A DNA stretch of 63,438 nt, the filler included, from Phoronis australis (taxonomy: Eukaryota; Animalia; Phoronida), in assembly GCA_002633005.1 (NCBI GenBank). It is 9 parts of 9 records of this genome, joined end to end, with 100 filler letters (N's around TTAATTAATTAA, not from the genome) between each part and the next. Parts side by side here need not be neighbours in the genome. Positions count along the whole stretch, not along the records: positions 1 to 29,924 come from NMRA01000437.1; 8 more parts are not named here. One strand, 5' to 3'. Position numbers and translations under genes: made by a program. Below are positions 1 to 13,504 of the stretch, in pieces (the first letter of the stretch is position 1; each line of letters opens with the position of its first letter). The notes below the pieces were generated by a model. The model was not told the DNA's origin. It was given only the letters and a program-made list of their open reading frames with translations, and searched no databases.

Positions 1-1010
1 TGGAATTTATTTCAAAAATAGACGATAATAGTTTGTGATCTTGATTTATGTCAGAATATTTATTGAGTCAACCAGTTGTAGGTTTCATAAAATTTATGAA
101 TCAGAAATGTTAGCCGTCATTTTTGTCAAGGTTGTCTTGAAACAGGACGTCTTTTTCTCCCTTGTCCATGCCAAGCTAGAATGAAAAATATTGAGCTAAA
201 AAGTTGCATGAAAAGCTAATAACAAATAATGACCAACATCTGATAACTGTATTTGTTCCTTGTATTCCTAAATTTCATGCCTCTACCTTCACACTGCAAG
301 AGAGCACCTTTGTCTTGGACCGAGTGGTGAATGCCATATGTTGATGTCAACTATAGTCCCATCCACACAGACTTACCCTAGAACAACTCGCACTAGTGAA
401 ACTTGACCCTCTTTAAGAGGAGCGTCCACACACACACATATATCCGGGCCGAAATTATCGCTCTTCTTATGACAATGAACAACTGAGGCGAAAAAGAAGA
501 CTTGTCTGTATGTCACCGCAACAGATAATTACTTCTGCCTTGCCCCAGGTTTGCATGTGCAAGTTACCCTAGAACAAGTTGCCCTACCTCAATGAGGTGG
601 AGTAAGTTGTCACAAGTGGGGCAAGTTGCACTAGTTGAAATAGCGTCCACTCTGCTCCAAAGCTAGCATTTAAGCGATGTTGAATCAAGTGTCTGTTGGA
701 CACTTTGTTATTAGAATATACCGAAACAAGTGTGAACATTTTTCAAACGTCAACTTTATTATTAATATGAGCATATGGCAGTGTAACCATGACAACAAAT
801 TGCTTCAAGTTTTAACGAGTCTTAGTTCAACAAACAGATAACTTAAAATTCATCTTTGTTACAATAACTCCTGGTAAATACTTTCAACACTTAATCACAT
901 TTTGTTACTTAGATTAGCCATGTTTAACGACTGGTTTTGAATTCATATTCAGAACTTTATGAATTTGTTTCCCGAATGCTTTTAGATGTGAAATAAAAAC
1001 AATGTTTTGC

Positions 1011-2815
1011 CATCCGTAAAGAGGTGTTATGGTTGAAAGGTGTTGTATACATTCACCATCAGCATAGCTGAGATAATGACTGTACAAAGTGCAAACTGGT
1101 GTACTTTCATTTATGAAAGAAATATTTGTTTCATTGTATTAATTTCGTTTTGAATATAAAGTTGAAATGGACCAATATAGATTAAATGTTGATGTTAGCT
1201 TTGTTCTGAATTGATATCTTAGTCACAACAAAGGGTTTACTTGAAATTCATAAAGTACGTATGTCTGTATCACTCACTCACTCTGCTTACATGGAGCCTT
1301 CTAAAATTTCAGATAAGATGTAAAAAAAAAACAAATCATCTTTCTTTTCACCAACATTCTACTAAATCATCATATACAACAAAATTCATAGAAAATGATA
1401 GTTAAAAAGCACTTTCAAAAATTCGAAATTTCTGTGTATGTCTGTCACACTGCTTTAAAAGCAATTTAACCATTCGGACAAAGAGACAAGACAAAAGTTG
1501 ATTCATACATTGGAAAATGTTAACGAGACCAAACGATTGTTTATTTTTCTAGGTCGAAACATTGTTCACAATTGATCAAAACGTTCGCCCGTTGTGGAAT
1601 TGCCCACTCAAAGACTAGTTTGCTTTACACTCAAGAGGTGTGAACGTTAGGTTTCAAACCATATTTTACTGGCGTCGGAATTTTTATTTAAAATACTAAA
1701 GCACACCAGTCATAAGCAGTACTGAGAGAGGTGCCCTAGAATTGTAGTAACTGCCAAGTCACAGTGATGGTTCTTTTGGCAACTTTTGGATAATTATGGA
1801 TTACTTACATCATGCTCACAGGCAAACAATTCATTAAAGTGAACTTGCATGCTCACGTCTAGATTTTTCTATCACCTGCTATTCTATAAATCTTCCATAC
1901 AATCACTAGTTATANCATCCGTAAAGAGGTGTTATGGTTGAAAGGTGTTGTATATATTCATCATCAGTATAGCTGAGATGATGACTGTACAAAGTGTAAA
2001 CTGGTGTACTTTCATTGATGAAAGAAATATTTGTTTCATTGTATTAATTTCATTTTGAATATAAAGTTGAAATGGACCAATATAGCTTAAATGCTGATGT
2101 TAGCTTTGTTCTGAATTGATATCTCAGTCACAACAAAGGGTTTACTTGAAATTCATAAAGTACGTATGTCTGTATCACTCACTCACTCTGCTTACATGGA
2201 GCCTTCTAAAATTTCAGATAAGATGTAAAAAAACAAATCATCTTGCTTTTCACCAACATTCTACTAAATCATCATATACAACAAAATTCATAGAAAATGA
2301 TAGCTAAAAAGCACTTTCAAAAATTCGAAATTTCTGTGTATGTCTGTCACACTGCTTTAAAAGCAATTTACCCAACCGGACAAAGAGACAAGGCAAAAGT
2401 TGATTCATACATTGGAAAATGTTAACGAGACCTAACGATTGTTTATTTTTCTAGGTCGAAACATTGTTCACAGTTGATCAAAATGTTCGCCCGTTGTGGA
2501 ATTGCCCACTCAAAGACTAGTTTGCTTTACACTCAAGAGGTGTGAACGTTAGGTTTCAAACCATATTTTACTGGCGTCGGAATTTTTATTTAAAATACTA
2601 AAGCACACCAGTCATAAGCAGTACTGAGAGAGGTGCCCTAGAATTGTAGTAACTGCCAAGTCACAGTGATGGTTCTTTTGGCAACTTTTGGATAATTATG
2701 GACTACTTACATCATGCCCACAGGCAAACAATTCATTAAAGTGAACTTGCATGCTCACGACTAGATTTTTCTATCACTTGCTATTCTACAAATCTTCCGG
2801 ACAATCACTAGTTAT
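1011..2815. repeat. ~900-bp near-identical tandem duplication split by a single N (likely uncollapsed haplotypes)
   Basis: 1011-1913 matches 1916-2815 with scattered SNPs and small indels; N at 1915. Confidence 0.9.
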
Positions 2816-3020
2816 CAACTTGACATTTTCAAATGGATGCTCGGCAAACCTAAAGTTCCTTCTTAGAGCTGGGTTGTGTTCGTTAGACGTAAGAAACTCG
2901 CAATAACCCAAGATCTCACGAGATGTCACAATGCATTGCAAGCAAGGAATGTGATTATACTAGCTGTTCTTGCAAGTGTCTTGTTTCTAGGAAACTCAAC
3001 ATGGCTAATATACATATCGG

Positions 3021-3132
3021 TTAGGCAGGGTTTTCTACATCCTTCTCTTTGGTTTCTGGATCTGGTAGCATAATCTTCAGTTCATTTTCTGTGGCAAGTT
3101 CCCCTCCGTCCTGTCGCTTTGGATTCTTCTTC
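3021..3132 (-). CDS. SLC22 coding exon 10 (KKNPKR...VENPA*)
   Basis: gtttag| acceptor, phase-compatible, charged cytoplasmic tail ending in TAA. Confidence 0.8.
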
Positions 3133-6100
3133 CTAAACATAAGAAGCATGACTTTGGATGTTATTTTAGTGTTGAATCTATGTATTATGTGTTTCTTTAT
3201 GTACAAAGGTGTGCTATGTAAACACTTATAGTCAATGAGAAAATTTAGATGAGCTATGATTCCTTTTGTAGTGTCAAAAGAGCAAAACTGGTGTGCCTTG
3301 TTTTATCTGTATCACACAAAGTTGTGTTATAATTTTATAAGACATGGATGAAACCTGATTTTGTATTAGCACCAGATATGGACAGAGCAAGGTACGCATT
3401 GCGCTGTTTTTCAATAACAGGTTTGCTTTTGTGAATCAAAAAAATCAAGAGTCATCAATACTCTTGTTGTCCTTATAACACGTAAATATCCATTTTTTCA
3501 GTGGTAAGATAGGTTGGGTTTTCAATTGGTGAACTCAACACTATATACCTGCTGAGGATGGGGCACATCGTGTCCTGAAACTTCTGTACGTCTTCAATAG
3601 TCTCTGGCAGCGGCACGTTTCTCGTCTCGGGCAGAAATAATCCCGCTAATCCAGAAAAGCCAGCGGCTATTCCGAATATTGCCAGCGGGACTTCTCTTGA
3701 TGTAACGTTGCCCTTAAATGTCAGATATGCAAGGTCAAGGTCAATTCAAAGCTTTGGGCTTCAGAATTTTGTGGAATGCAGCTCTTGTAGTTAAAGTTCG
3801 TGGATCCGAGTTAGGTGGTTAAACTTCAAGTTAAATCAAATTTTTTGCATGTTATCAAAATGAATCGTGATCCAGGTACAAAAAATCCTCGGTACATGCG
3901 TTTGTATTCTCGATGAATAATCGCAGATCAGATTCAAGCGGCCTACGCTCATCTGAGGGGAAGCTGCCTGTGGCTTCTGAGGGAGGGGGGTAATTGAGAG
4001 GGAAATACCCCCCTCTGGACACCACTGATTACACACTCCTCCCAGTCATTACCTAGTCCACACTCCTGGCATTGCTTCAAGAGGCTAGAACTAGCCTTTG
4101 TGTTGGTCTGGAAGGTGACCTTACGCATTGCTTAGTGCAGATAATCCAACAGATCGTGTGCCATTTGCTTGTTATTTATCGATCGTAGTAAGTGGGAGTG
4201 TCAAGTGGTGAACCCAGCGTTGTCGTGAGTGACTTTCTTTTTCAAAAGTATGGGATTGCCGTGGTAACTAATAACTAACCCAGAGTAGAATTCAATAATG
4301 CTAGGGTGTCGCTAGAAAAGCAAGACTGGGAATACGTAAGATATTGCTGTGTATTTTCTATATTAAAGTTAGAGCAAGTGATTTTGGCTGGATTTTTATC
4401 GCCATGAGACGTACACTAAAATGTAGTACCCTGATTCTGTTCTCGTCATCAAGGCTTGAATATAAACAAGCACCTACACGCATGAATGAAGAGTAAGGTT
4501 GATTTTCACTGTTAACCTTCTGAGGGCCTGTGTGATTTAAAAGTGATTCTAATCTTAATGGCAAGTTTTTAATCTTTTGAAGGGGATTTTTGGGCTTCAT
4601 GTGGGAAATTTCATGTTGTTTTTAAAGGCGAGAATTGTACTAACATTTGGGCCCTAAAATTGAGGCATTGAGGGCCTCAGTTATCTTAGTCAGCCGTCTT
4701 ATTTGCCGAACTCGGATTCACCAATTGCATGTATGGTTTATTTTCAGTATTACTTAAGCTCACCATGTTTGCTATGTTTTGAATCCACTTTTAAGTTACA
4801 TTAAGCTACACATCTTTGCCACTTGTTACATGTGAAATTACCAAATTTGCTAAATTAAGCTTGTCAACTGCAATATGACGAGCTGTGATCAAATTAGGGA
4901 GGGCCAGGCTGGTATTTGGGAGCCTGCCTTGGGTGTTCACAGACCCTCACCTTGACTTAAGACACAACAATGTCGAGGGGTAAGATCTGTGATACTTATG
5001 GAGATCGCAGGTATTCACTCTACTCACCAGCAATGCCATGTAAGGGGCAATTATCAGCCCCACCCTGGCACAGGTAGAGCTGAGACCCAAGCCTGTGGTC
5101 CTGTATTCTGTGGGGTACATCTCCGGTGTGTAGATATAGACCATTCCGTAGGCTATTGTAATGAAGAATTTGCCGATCATGGCGAACACAGTTGTGACAA
5201 TACCATAACCTGAAAGAGAGAATGAAGATTTCTGGCCTGCTTTCCATTGAGTGACACAATCAGCAATGAAAAATGATGAAAATGTGGTCTGTGTTAGGCA
5301 TTGTTATAACAGCACAATATTGGTTTCGAGTAGGTGTGCTCGACAAGTCATGTTTTTTATACCTTTAAGAGCAGTTGATTCTAATTTCAATTCAAAGTAA
5401 TGCTTAAATGTAGTTTCATTGTCTTGTTTCCTCGTTTGGGAATGAAAGTGAGACATCACCACAGTAGGTTAGTCTTAAGAGATTCTCTTTGGGAGAGTAT
5501 ATTGGGGGAAAGTTGGAGATGGAATGTCAACAGTTAAACACTGGTTTTAGTAAATGTCTGGTTAATGTGTTAGTGTGCATGGTTCACAGATGCTGTGGGC
5601 AGGAGCTTCAGATTTTAAACTGTATGTGTTGAGTTTTATCTGTTTGATAGAAGGCGTTAGTGCAAGTGAATAGACCACCACCATATTGGAGTAGTTGGTA
5701 GGAGTGAGACGTAATCACTTTCCAACTCTATTTGTTACACTATCCTGGTACATATGGTTGACAGCCCAGACGCTCTGCACTCCTTTCTCTAGTCATGGTT
5801 CCATTGTGGATCCATAAAGGGGTTCTGGGTGGCACAACTAATCCTCTGTGTCGCTGTAATGGAGAAAAGAGTGGTCCATTTGTATGTCCATTGTCAGCCC
5901 CCCTGGTCATGACCTTGGATCTGCTCTTGTTTTGATTACATGAGCTTGCTTGCCGTGGCCATCCATATTATACCAATGTTTACCTTGAGGTATGACCAGT
6001 GTAATCAGAAGAGACAGCGATGAGCAGCCAAACGCCAGTAGTATACCCTTCCTTCTGCCTATCTTCTGAAGGAAGAACCACTTGAGTCCGTAAGCCGGTA

Positions 6101-9100
6101 CTTCAACAGCACCTGACACGAAGAAAGTGAGGTAGACGTCACCAACGAGGTTAGCAGTGTTGAAGGACAACCCATAGAACATCAGGTTGGCGGAAAACCT
6201 AGAAGTGAAATACAACTTCCTTGAGAATTTATTGCACTCTGGTTTGTTTTTGTTTAAAAATGGTATGAACATGTCCTCAGCAGCAGTTCCACCAAAATTT
6301 TCAACAGAAAGGAAAACTCTGCTCTTGAACCTACTAGTCAATTGCGTTACTCCATAGAAGCACTAGAGAGTCATTTAGTCGATATTCGGAACTTGAGTTG
6401 AATCGATAAGATTGATATAAAATTTGGAATGCTGTCACCTTGAAAACCTACACTACAACATTTTCTAGATGTGGTTTTTAGTATAGCCAGGGCTTGACTA
6501 TTCAAAACTAATAGGGGTTAATAAAACAATTATTTTCTCAGCCAGAAGTGTAAACTCTTTATTAAGCTGTGTTTATTTACACAGACCAACTGAAACAGCT
6601 GTATGACTGAGGGTTCACAAAGAATTGCTTTAGCTGACCTTGCAGATCAATTTCAAAAGGCCTTTTGTTTGTGAAGGACATACATGATTTGCTATCGTCC
6701 TCCAAATTCTAAGCCATTAGGGGAATTAATTACCCTGTCCAAGCCCTAAATAGAGGACACATGCAGTGGCAGGTAACACTGCCATAGAAACACCACTGGA
6801 ACTCACCACATGTAGCAGCTGAGAATGGTGATGACAACCATCGTGTCTGACTTTGTTAGTTTTGACAGTGTCACATGTTCAACCTACAAAATAATTGCGA
6901 TTCATAAAATGAAGTTTTTTTTGGTACTAGTCGCCCATTTTGATAATGGACACCAATAACAAAAATCAAGGTGATGAAGCATTCTGGATTCCCGAAGATG
7001 GTTGGTTAATAGTGAACTGTATTACGCTGCATATTACTGCAAAATCTATATCATTCACGCTTTCGCCATGTGGGCTGAAGTTGGAAATGATATTAGAATT
7101 GGTTTGATTATTTCACCAAACACTTATGTTCACCCATTTTGCATGCAGGTTGGCCTGGTGTAGGAAATTGGAACCATCCTATTGTATTTAAAGTTTTGCC
7201 TCATTAGCTTTTGCCTAACCAATATGTTAATGTACAGTTTGGGACAGTCTAAAATTTGGGACTCTGAAATGGAAACTGAAGTGGAAATTTCTTGATTCTG
7301 GAGATCGGCACGTGGGCAATTCTGGCCTTCATATTGCTCCAATATCAGATTTTGTGCTCGTATCAACATAATCTGAAAATAGACTTGGCAGTTCGTAAAA
7401 TCATTCTGCAATAATTGTTGGCCGTAGCATTTTTTTTCATTCCCCATAGTGTGTAAAATCCAGGTGAATGATCATTTCTCGTTAATTGTAATTCTTGAAT
7501 TTGGGATGACTAGCATTACCTATTTCTTAAACTTGGCAAAAACTCTTGGGGAAACTAAGTGATTAAAGTTTCCACTGCTCCAAGTTGGAGAATTTTTCCT
7601 GTAATACAAGCCTCACTTTCAGTTGTTCCTCCTTGATGTCATCCATGTCGCTAGACCACGCCACACCGTTCTCCTCCGCCATCTTTCTCATTGTTCGCTT
7701 AGCTTCCTTCACTCGTCCTTTGCGTAATTGCCACCTTGGTGATTCCGGAATACGCCTTGAATAAACGAGAGAGACAAATAAGCTCTAGAGTGGTTCCAAA
7801 TCCATCAAGGAGCCAATTATGATTTCATTGGTGAACATCATGGCCTGATGGCATGTGATGTGAGATACCCAGATGGCTTGGAACCCTGGCAGCTGTAGAG
7901 ATGAGTAGGAATCTCCTGGATTAAGTCGACAGACTTTTTCAAGCTTCTCCGACACTTGTTGATAGATAATGGACTGGCAAAGTGGTTCGCTCAAAATTGG
8001 CAACCACCTTCAGGTATTACTGAATCTTGAAAAGGTCAAATTTTGTCAACAAAATGCAAGTCCATGTCCCTGATGTAGGAATTCTCATGCATTATGATTT
8101 ACTGGGGGAGGGGGGGTTCATTTTGTCATTTTAAAAAGGCAAGTTTAGGCTACCAAACTTTACACATGCACACTATTGGCCGAAGGTAGTTCATTGGTAG
8201 TTTTTGCTGGTTTTTTTTTTTGCTGTCAAGTTTATTCTAATTTACAATTGGAGATTACGACTTGACCTAATTACTGCTTGTATGGATCTTAAAACAAGTT
8301 GTGCAAACTAGTATTTCAATCTACAAACTTTACCTACCAGAAAAACAGTATGACTAGAATAAATGCTGAACCGTGGAGGCTTGTCTCCATGATGAACCAA
8401 TCACGCGTGAGGTAGGATACGAGAGCGACAATCATGTAACCAATCACCCAGTACCAGTTTATGATGGTTGCCACAGCTACTCTCCAAGACGCGCTCACGA
8501 TTTCTAGAACTGAAGAGGAATAGAAGTTTTTGTTAAATGATCATGTCTCCAGTTAATTTTTTTCAAGCTTGAACAAAAATAATTGCCAACGCTCACTGCC
8601 TTGATAAAATGTTCAGAATGCCATCTAGCTATACATCATCAGAAATGTTGTCGAGAAATTTTATGATAAAGTTTCTCTGTGTGTTTTAAATTGAAGGAAC
8701 TTTACCATAGCTTGCTGAAGTTGTACCAGTAAAACCCACATTATCCAAACATGGTTAAGTCGGGTAAAATCTCTTGTTACACTTGGATGCAAGTTTTACT
8801 TTATTAATTAATGGCTCAAACGTCTTGCTTAAAATGATAAACTATTAACGTTGCATTCGTGTGACTTACTCATTATAAATGCTGGTGTGTAGGAACCCAT
8901 ATTCATGAATCCCTTGAGAGCACATAGTACACAGAAGGATATAGGCTCTGGGGCAAAACCACTGATGACACCTACTGCACAGTTGAGAAACGTGCAAATG
9001 AGAAAAACTGGTCGTCGGCCAAATCTGAAAGTCACAGTGGAAACTTTGTAGTTATTACTATGAATTTATACAATTATACTGCAGAAACGTTTATATGAAG

Positions 9101-12100
9101 TAATTTTAATTAAAACTTACATTGAGTAACTGATGGAATGCTGAAGAGTTAACTTTAATCTCAAAATTATGCCTTCGTGGTCGTATGAATTTGAACTCCA
9201 AAATGGATGGTCATGGAATTTACCAAAAACTTGATCATCGTAGTCCCTTTTGATCAATTCAATACTGTTAAGAAGATTCAGTGCTTTTAAAAACAATATT
9301 TTGTTGAAAAGTCAATCTCGCAGGTAACCAGGTGAAGCTCTGTTTTTGCCGATTCAATCCACACTCAGTATTGTTTTTTAGTACGTTGATTTTAACAACT
9401 CGGCTCCTTGGTTCTTCTTAAGGGGGTGGAGAAATGGACCTACCGGTACATGGCAACAGAGTTAGTTTTGTTCTCAAAACAGCTCTGTTTGCATTTGGGA
9501 GTGAATGTTGACTGAATCAACCATGGAATATTTCTTCTGTTAAAATAGCATCGAATTCATACTGTAAGGCTAAATCTCAAATACACTTTTTATTAAATGC
9601 TCGGAAAATTGCAATGTGGACTGAATCTTTATAAAGTAGCACTGAATTCCATTATTTTGCTCTGTCCATAATCATTGCATAATAGACTTGTGATAAACAA
9701 AGCTGAGCTAATCTATTCATTATGAGTCATTTGTCAGGGTTGGCTGCATAAACTGAGCTATGGTGTTCTGCTGGTTATTACATGGGATTGCCTCATGTTA
9801 TTAGGCCTATTTGTGATGTTTACCATGCCAAATCAAAAGGTTGACCAGCCAATACTCCGTTGATTTTTTGAAATCCCTGATCTCATTCCCCATAATATCT
9901 TGTGGTACATTCTACAGAAAATAGGTACACTTGACTAAATACCAACTTTCCTTAAATTTATGTAGTCAGCTGAGGTCTTGTGTTAAAACAGGCATTGATC
10001 TCTGAAGGAAGGCCTCATAGCTATGTGCTAAATCCCTTTCTGTTTATGTTTGTAGGTGAATTTATTGATTTACATGGAATGTGACTACAATGATGGCATG
10101 CGATAAATGAAAATATCAAAGAGATTGTGTGCCCCGAAACGCTGACATGTACCGATTGTTATACTGAAAGATAGTTTCACCTGTGTCCCTCTGTGTTGAC
10201 GTTGTCTGTGCCTGCAGTTTGTACTCTGAATTAATAGCAGTATTCCTCCCTGTCTGGTCTTGGTCCTATCTCACAAAACATGAGATTAAGAAATTGTTGA
10301 ATGTGACCTTCCATTGTTAAAAATGTCAAAAATGTTGGTTGCACTACAGCTGACAGGCAAAGATTGCTGGGAACTGATGGCCTATGATTAAGTATCATAC
10401 TGTCTATTGTTTTTGTTCAATGATTGAGTTTCATGTATCTTCTCGAGTTCCCGTCAAAGTTGTTCTAATCTGTATAGTGGACTTATAGTCTCAAGGTGTG
10501 AGAAACTATATCTATGTATCACTGTTCAGATGGTCACCAGGGTGATTGTGAGTTGGGTCTCTGAATGCTGAAAAACATGCTATTAAATATACTGGGCAAT
10601 CTTAACTTTGGGTTGGTGACCGGATTTTCAAGGCCTGTGTATATCCCCGCTTCCCCCTTTCTACCTGTCTGCTAGTCCTCCAAACATGAATGCCCCCAGA
10701 AGTTTACCAAATCCGTACGAAGCAGTCGCTGTGGAAGCCAACGCCTCCTTCCCACACACCAAGTTCCACTGTAATGATAACACACGCGCCATTAGCTTCA
10801 ATGAAAGGTGGAAATGATATCATACGGATTTTTTCCAGAATTTATCACAAACCATTTCTGATTCTAAACTAGACTTTGAATTGGTTTTTAAGTGACATTG
10901 TCAATCTTAGCACTAGCAAGATTGTTCACTATGACAGCCAGTGAGATCAGATCAAACCACAGAGATCCTGTTTCTCTAGTGAACAACAGAGATGGGGATG
11001 CCCTTCGCTATCAGACAAAGATTAGCCTGTGGCTGAAGAGACATCACCTCATTTACTTGAATTTTTAAGTTTTTACAGAATATATTTTACTATCTTGGAA
11101 TTAATTTAGAATCAATATTCATTATAAGGAAGTTGACAACTGTCCTCTATTTTTTGCTAGTAAACTCTAACTTTTTATATCCATTTCTTTGCTAAGCCCA
11201 GAGGCTAAAATATCCCTTTGGCAAAAAATATGTAGCTGTCCCTTTAACTCTCGATCTCAATGTTTTAGAACCCTTTGATATTTTTTCTTTTTTACAAATA
11301 CACTACTGAATGACCTTTGACAGGGAGGGGAGGACAGCTAGCAACCTGTGATTCGATATCATAAGTAAGTACAGGTAAAAACATGATTTAAACTGCATGT
11401 AAGGCTTGCAGTGAGGACTAGTGAATAGTAGGTTGGGATAAGTAAATTTTCCACTGACTGGGCAAGTTACAGAAAGTGCTGTTGGCTCGTGGGCAGTTTC
11501 CAAATTAATATTTTTGTTTGTTCTACGTTTCTCCTGCAAAGTTGACTTATACTTCACATTGGTAACCTTTTGCCTTGTCTGGGGTGACTCAAAGTTCGTA
11601 CAGTATAAGCCAAAAGTATAATCAAACAAAATGACATGGAATTCCTCATCGTGACGCCAAATTTATCACCCGAGTAGTCTTCCCTCGCAACCGAGAATGA
11701 AGGGGCATTAACAGCACTGAACTTAGTAAGGCGCCCTTGCCATTTTGTTATTAAAATTTTTATCACCAGTAGTTTTGCTGAACAAGAATTAGCCGTCATG
11801 GCTAGGAGTGTGGTACTAGTATTTTTTCTTATTATTATCTTGTACTGTAACTATAGGCAGCTTCAGTATAGATTACCTGTGACACTATGGTGTTTTTGTA
11901 CTGCGTTCTGTCGTACTCCCATGAAGAGCATTTCACAACAGGTAGACCATGCGTGATATTCAACACGCTCGCCTCTTGACCGGTATAACCAAGCACCTCG
12001 TCTGTAACTATTGCTGCGTCCAAGTCTGTTACGTTGTACATTTCACAACTGCTAAAACGCCCTTCTTTGTCACGCGGTATTGTCAGCACTTTGCGAATGT

Positions 12101-12281
12101 CCACTGTCAGATTTCGAAATGCTTCGGGTGCTTGGCACCAGTGTTTCGGAATAGCAGTGATCAGCACAAAATCCATGTTTGTGAAGCCTCCTAAAATACT
12201 GATGCAACTCAGCAAGAAATAGAATTTGCGCTGGTACTTGCCAAATCCCCCCACCTCTTTCAAAAACTCGTCGAAATTCAT
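3021..12281 (-). CDS. SLC22-family organic ion transporter (Orct/OCTN-like), complete, 10 coding exons, 574 aa
   Basis: Exons 11877-12281, 10665-10768, 8870-9024, 8338-8509, 7617-7755, 6807-6883, 5984-6198, 5028-5209, 3549-3712 and 3021-3132 all have GT-AG borders and compatible phases, totalling 1725 nt with no internal stop. SLC22 motifs present: VGGFGKYQ, HWC, WNLVC, ADRFGRRP, PESPRW, EMYPTEYR, LPETRNVPLPETIED. Confidence 0.95.
3549..3712 (-). CDS. SLC22 coding exon 9 (GNVTSREVP...LPETRNVPLPETIEDV...)
   Basis: Last TM helix plus the LPET..LPET motif; tttaag| and |gtatat. Confidence 0.92.
5028..5209 (-). CDS. SLC22 coding exon 8 (YGIVTTVFAMIGK...YMALL)
   Basis: EMYPTEYR motif; tttcag| and |gtgagt. 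Confidence 0.93.
5984..6198 (-). CDS. SLC22 coding exon 7 (FSANLMFYGLSF...LVIPQ)
   Basis: 215-nt exon with FYGLS, VEVPAY and KIGRR motifs. Confidence 0.93.
6807..6883 (-). CDS. SLC22 coding exon 6 (VEHVTLSK...CYMW)
   Basis: 77-nt exon, ttgtag| and |gtgagt; its phases bridge exons 5 and 7. Confidence 0.85.
7617..7755 (-). CDS. SLC22 coding exon 5 (RIPESPRW...EQLK)
   Basis: PESPRW motif; ttcaag| and |gtgagg. Confidence 0.92.
8338..8509 (-). CDS. SLC22 coding exon 4 (LEIVSASWR...LFFW)
   Basis: 172-nt exon, cttcag| and |gtaggt. Confidence 0.92.
8870..9024 (-). CDS. SLC22 coding exon 3 (FGRRPVFL...PAFIM)
   Basis: 155-nt exon, tttcag| and |gtaagt; carries MFS motif A. Confidence 0.93.
10665..10768 (-). 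CDS. SLC22 coding exon 2 (WNLVC...GGLADR)
   Basis: 104-nt exon with ttacag| acceptor and |gtagaa donor; not in the ORF track. Confidence 0.93.
11877..12281 (-). CDS. SLC22 coding exon 1 (MNFDEFLKEVGGFGKYQ...KNTIVSQ)
   Basis: Encodes TM1 and the large Cys-containing extracellular loop; donor CAG|GTAATC. A pyrimidine-rich acceptor at 12368 implies an upstream non-coding exon. Confidence 0.95.
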
Positions 12282-13504
12282 CTTCTTTTCTCCTGATCAA
12301 TAACAAAATTCTGTTCTCATCTGACCTCTGATGTATGAACTTGCCTCATCCATATGGTCAAAACTACCTGTAACGTGAGAGAGAAGATTTGCATGTGATC
12401 ATATATAGTACTACAGCATCGGCACATGGACTTGGTTGCATTCACTATGAAGGGTTATCTCTGTGGTATAAGCTTCCTGTTCTACTTATATAGAGGTTGT
12501 GAATGGCAAATTGTACCAGTTAATACTTGATAAGTCTTTTATGTTCATTTACTCTTTGTTCATGGTCTTTTCCTATTCACATTTTATAGGTCAGTCACTA
12601 GCTCACTTACCCCTGCAGTAGGCCTACTGGTATGTTAATTACTGTGAAAAAACCTAGCACTCACTTATACATGTAGCTCATTCATTCAATGTGCCATGTG
12701 CCTCAGACAGATGGTCTTTAATGTGGGTCAAGACAACTACAGTCTCTTCTGTCTTGTGTTTAACCACAGTTTCTTACTTGACTGCCTGGCTTGGTTTCCT
12801 CAATCCCATGCGATATGCACCTATAATCAGTCTGTCTGGTTCCCCACGTGGGGGATGTCTCTTTGCTCAACACAGAATTAGGTTGATGCCTCTGATGTTA
12901 TTTGCTCTCATGTGTAGCTATGAGTTGTTAGGCTACGTACCAGATCAATATGAATGAACATATTGTGTAAGGTAGGTTTAGCTGATCTGCATGGGAATGG
13001 TACTTTGACCACGTGGTATTTATGGTATTCTTAATATATATGCACTCAATCATTTTTGGTGCCAAGTAAGCTTCAAGTGGGAATTCTAAGGTGATTGCTC
13101 TGTCATTTCAATTGACCTGTGGGCATAAAACAAGATATGTGTGCTCTGTCTTATATTTTTAAAATGAGAAGAATTTTCCTCATGCTGTCAGTCCCCAGCC
13201 TGCTCCACTGAATTACAGTCAGCTTTGGCTTGTCTGCATGCCCTGCAGCTTGTCTGGTAATCTAATTTCAGTTTTATCAAGCATTGAGGAGCAAAAATGT
13301 TCAGCCCTCTTTGATTGATGGTATCCCAGCTCTGAAGGTCAAGTGCATTGTGCAATTTGTATTTGTTTGCTCTGATCAATTGGTGGTTTATGAAACTAAG
13401 TTTATTGGGGTTCATGTATCCTTTGTCCGAACTTGATTGACTTGGGGGGTGAATTATTTTCACCTCATTGTTAATTGTAGTAGGCCATGTTAGTTAAAAG
13501 TTAC

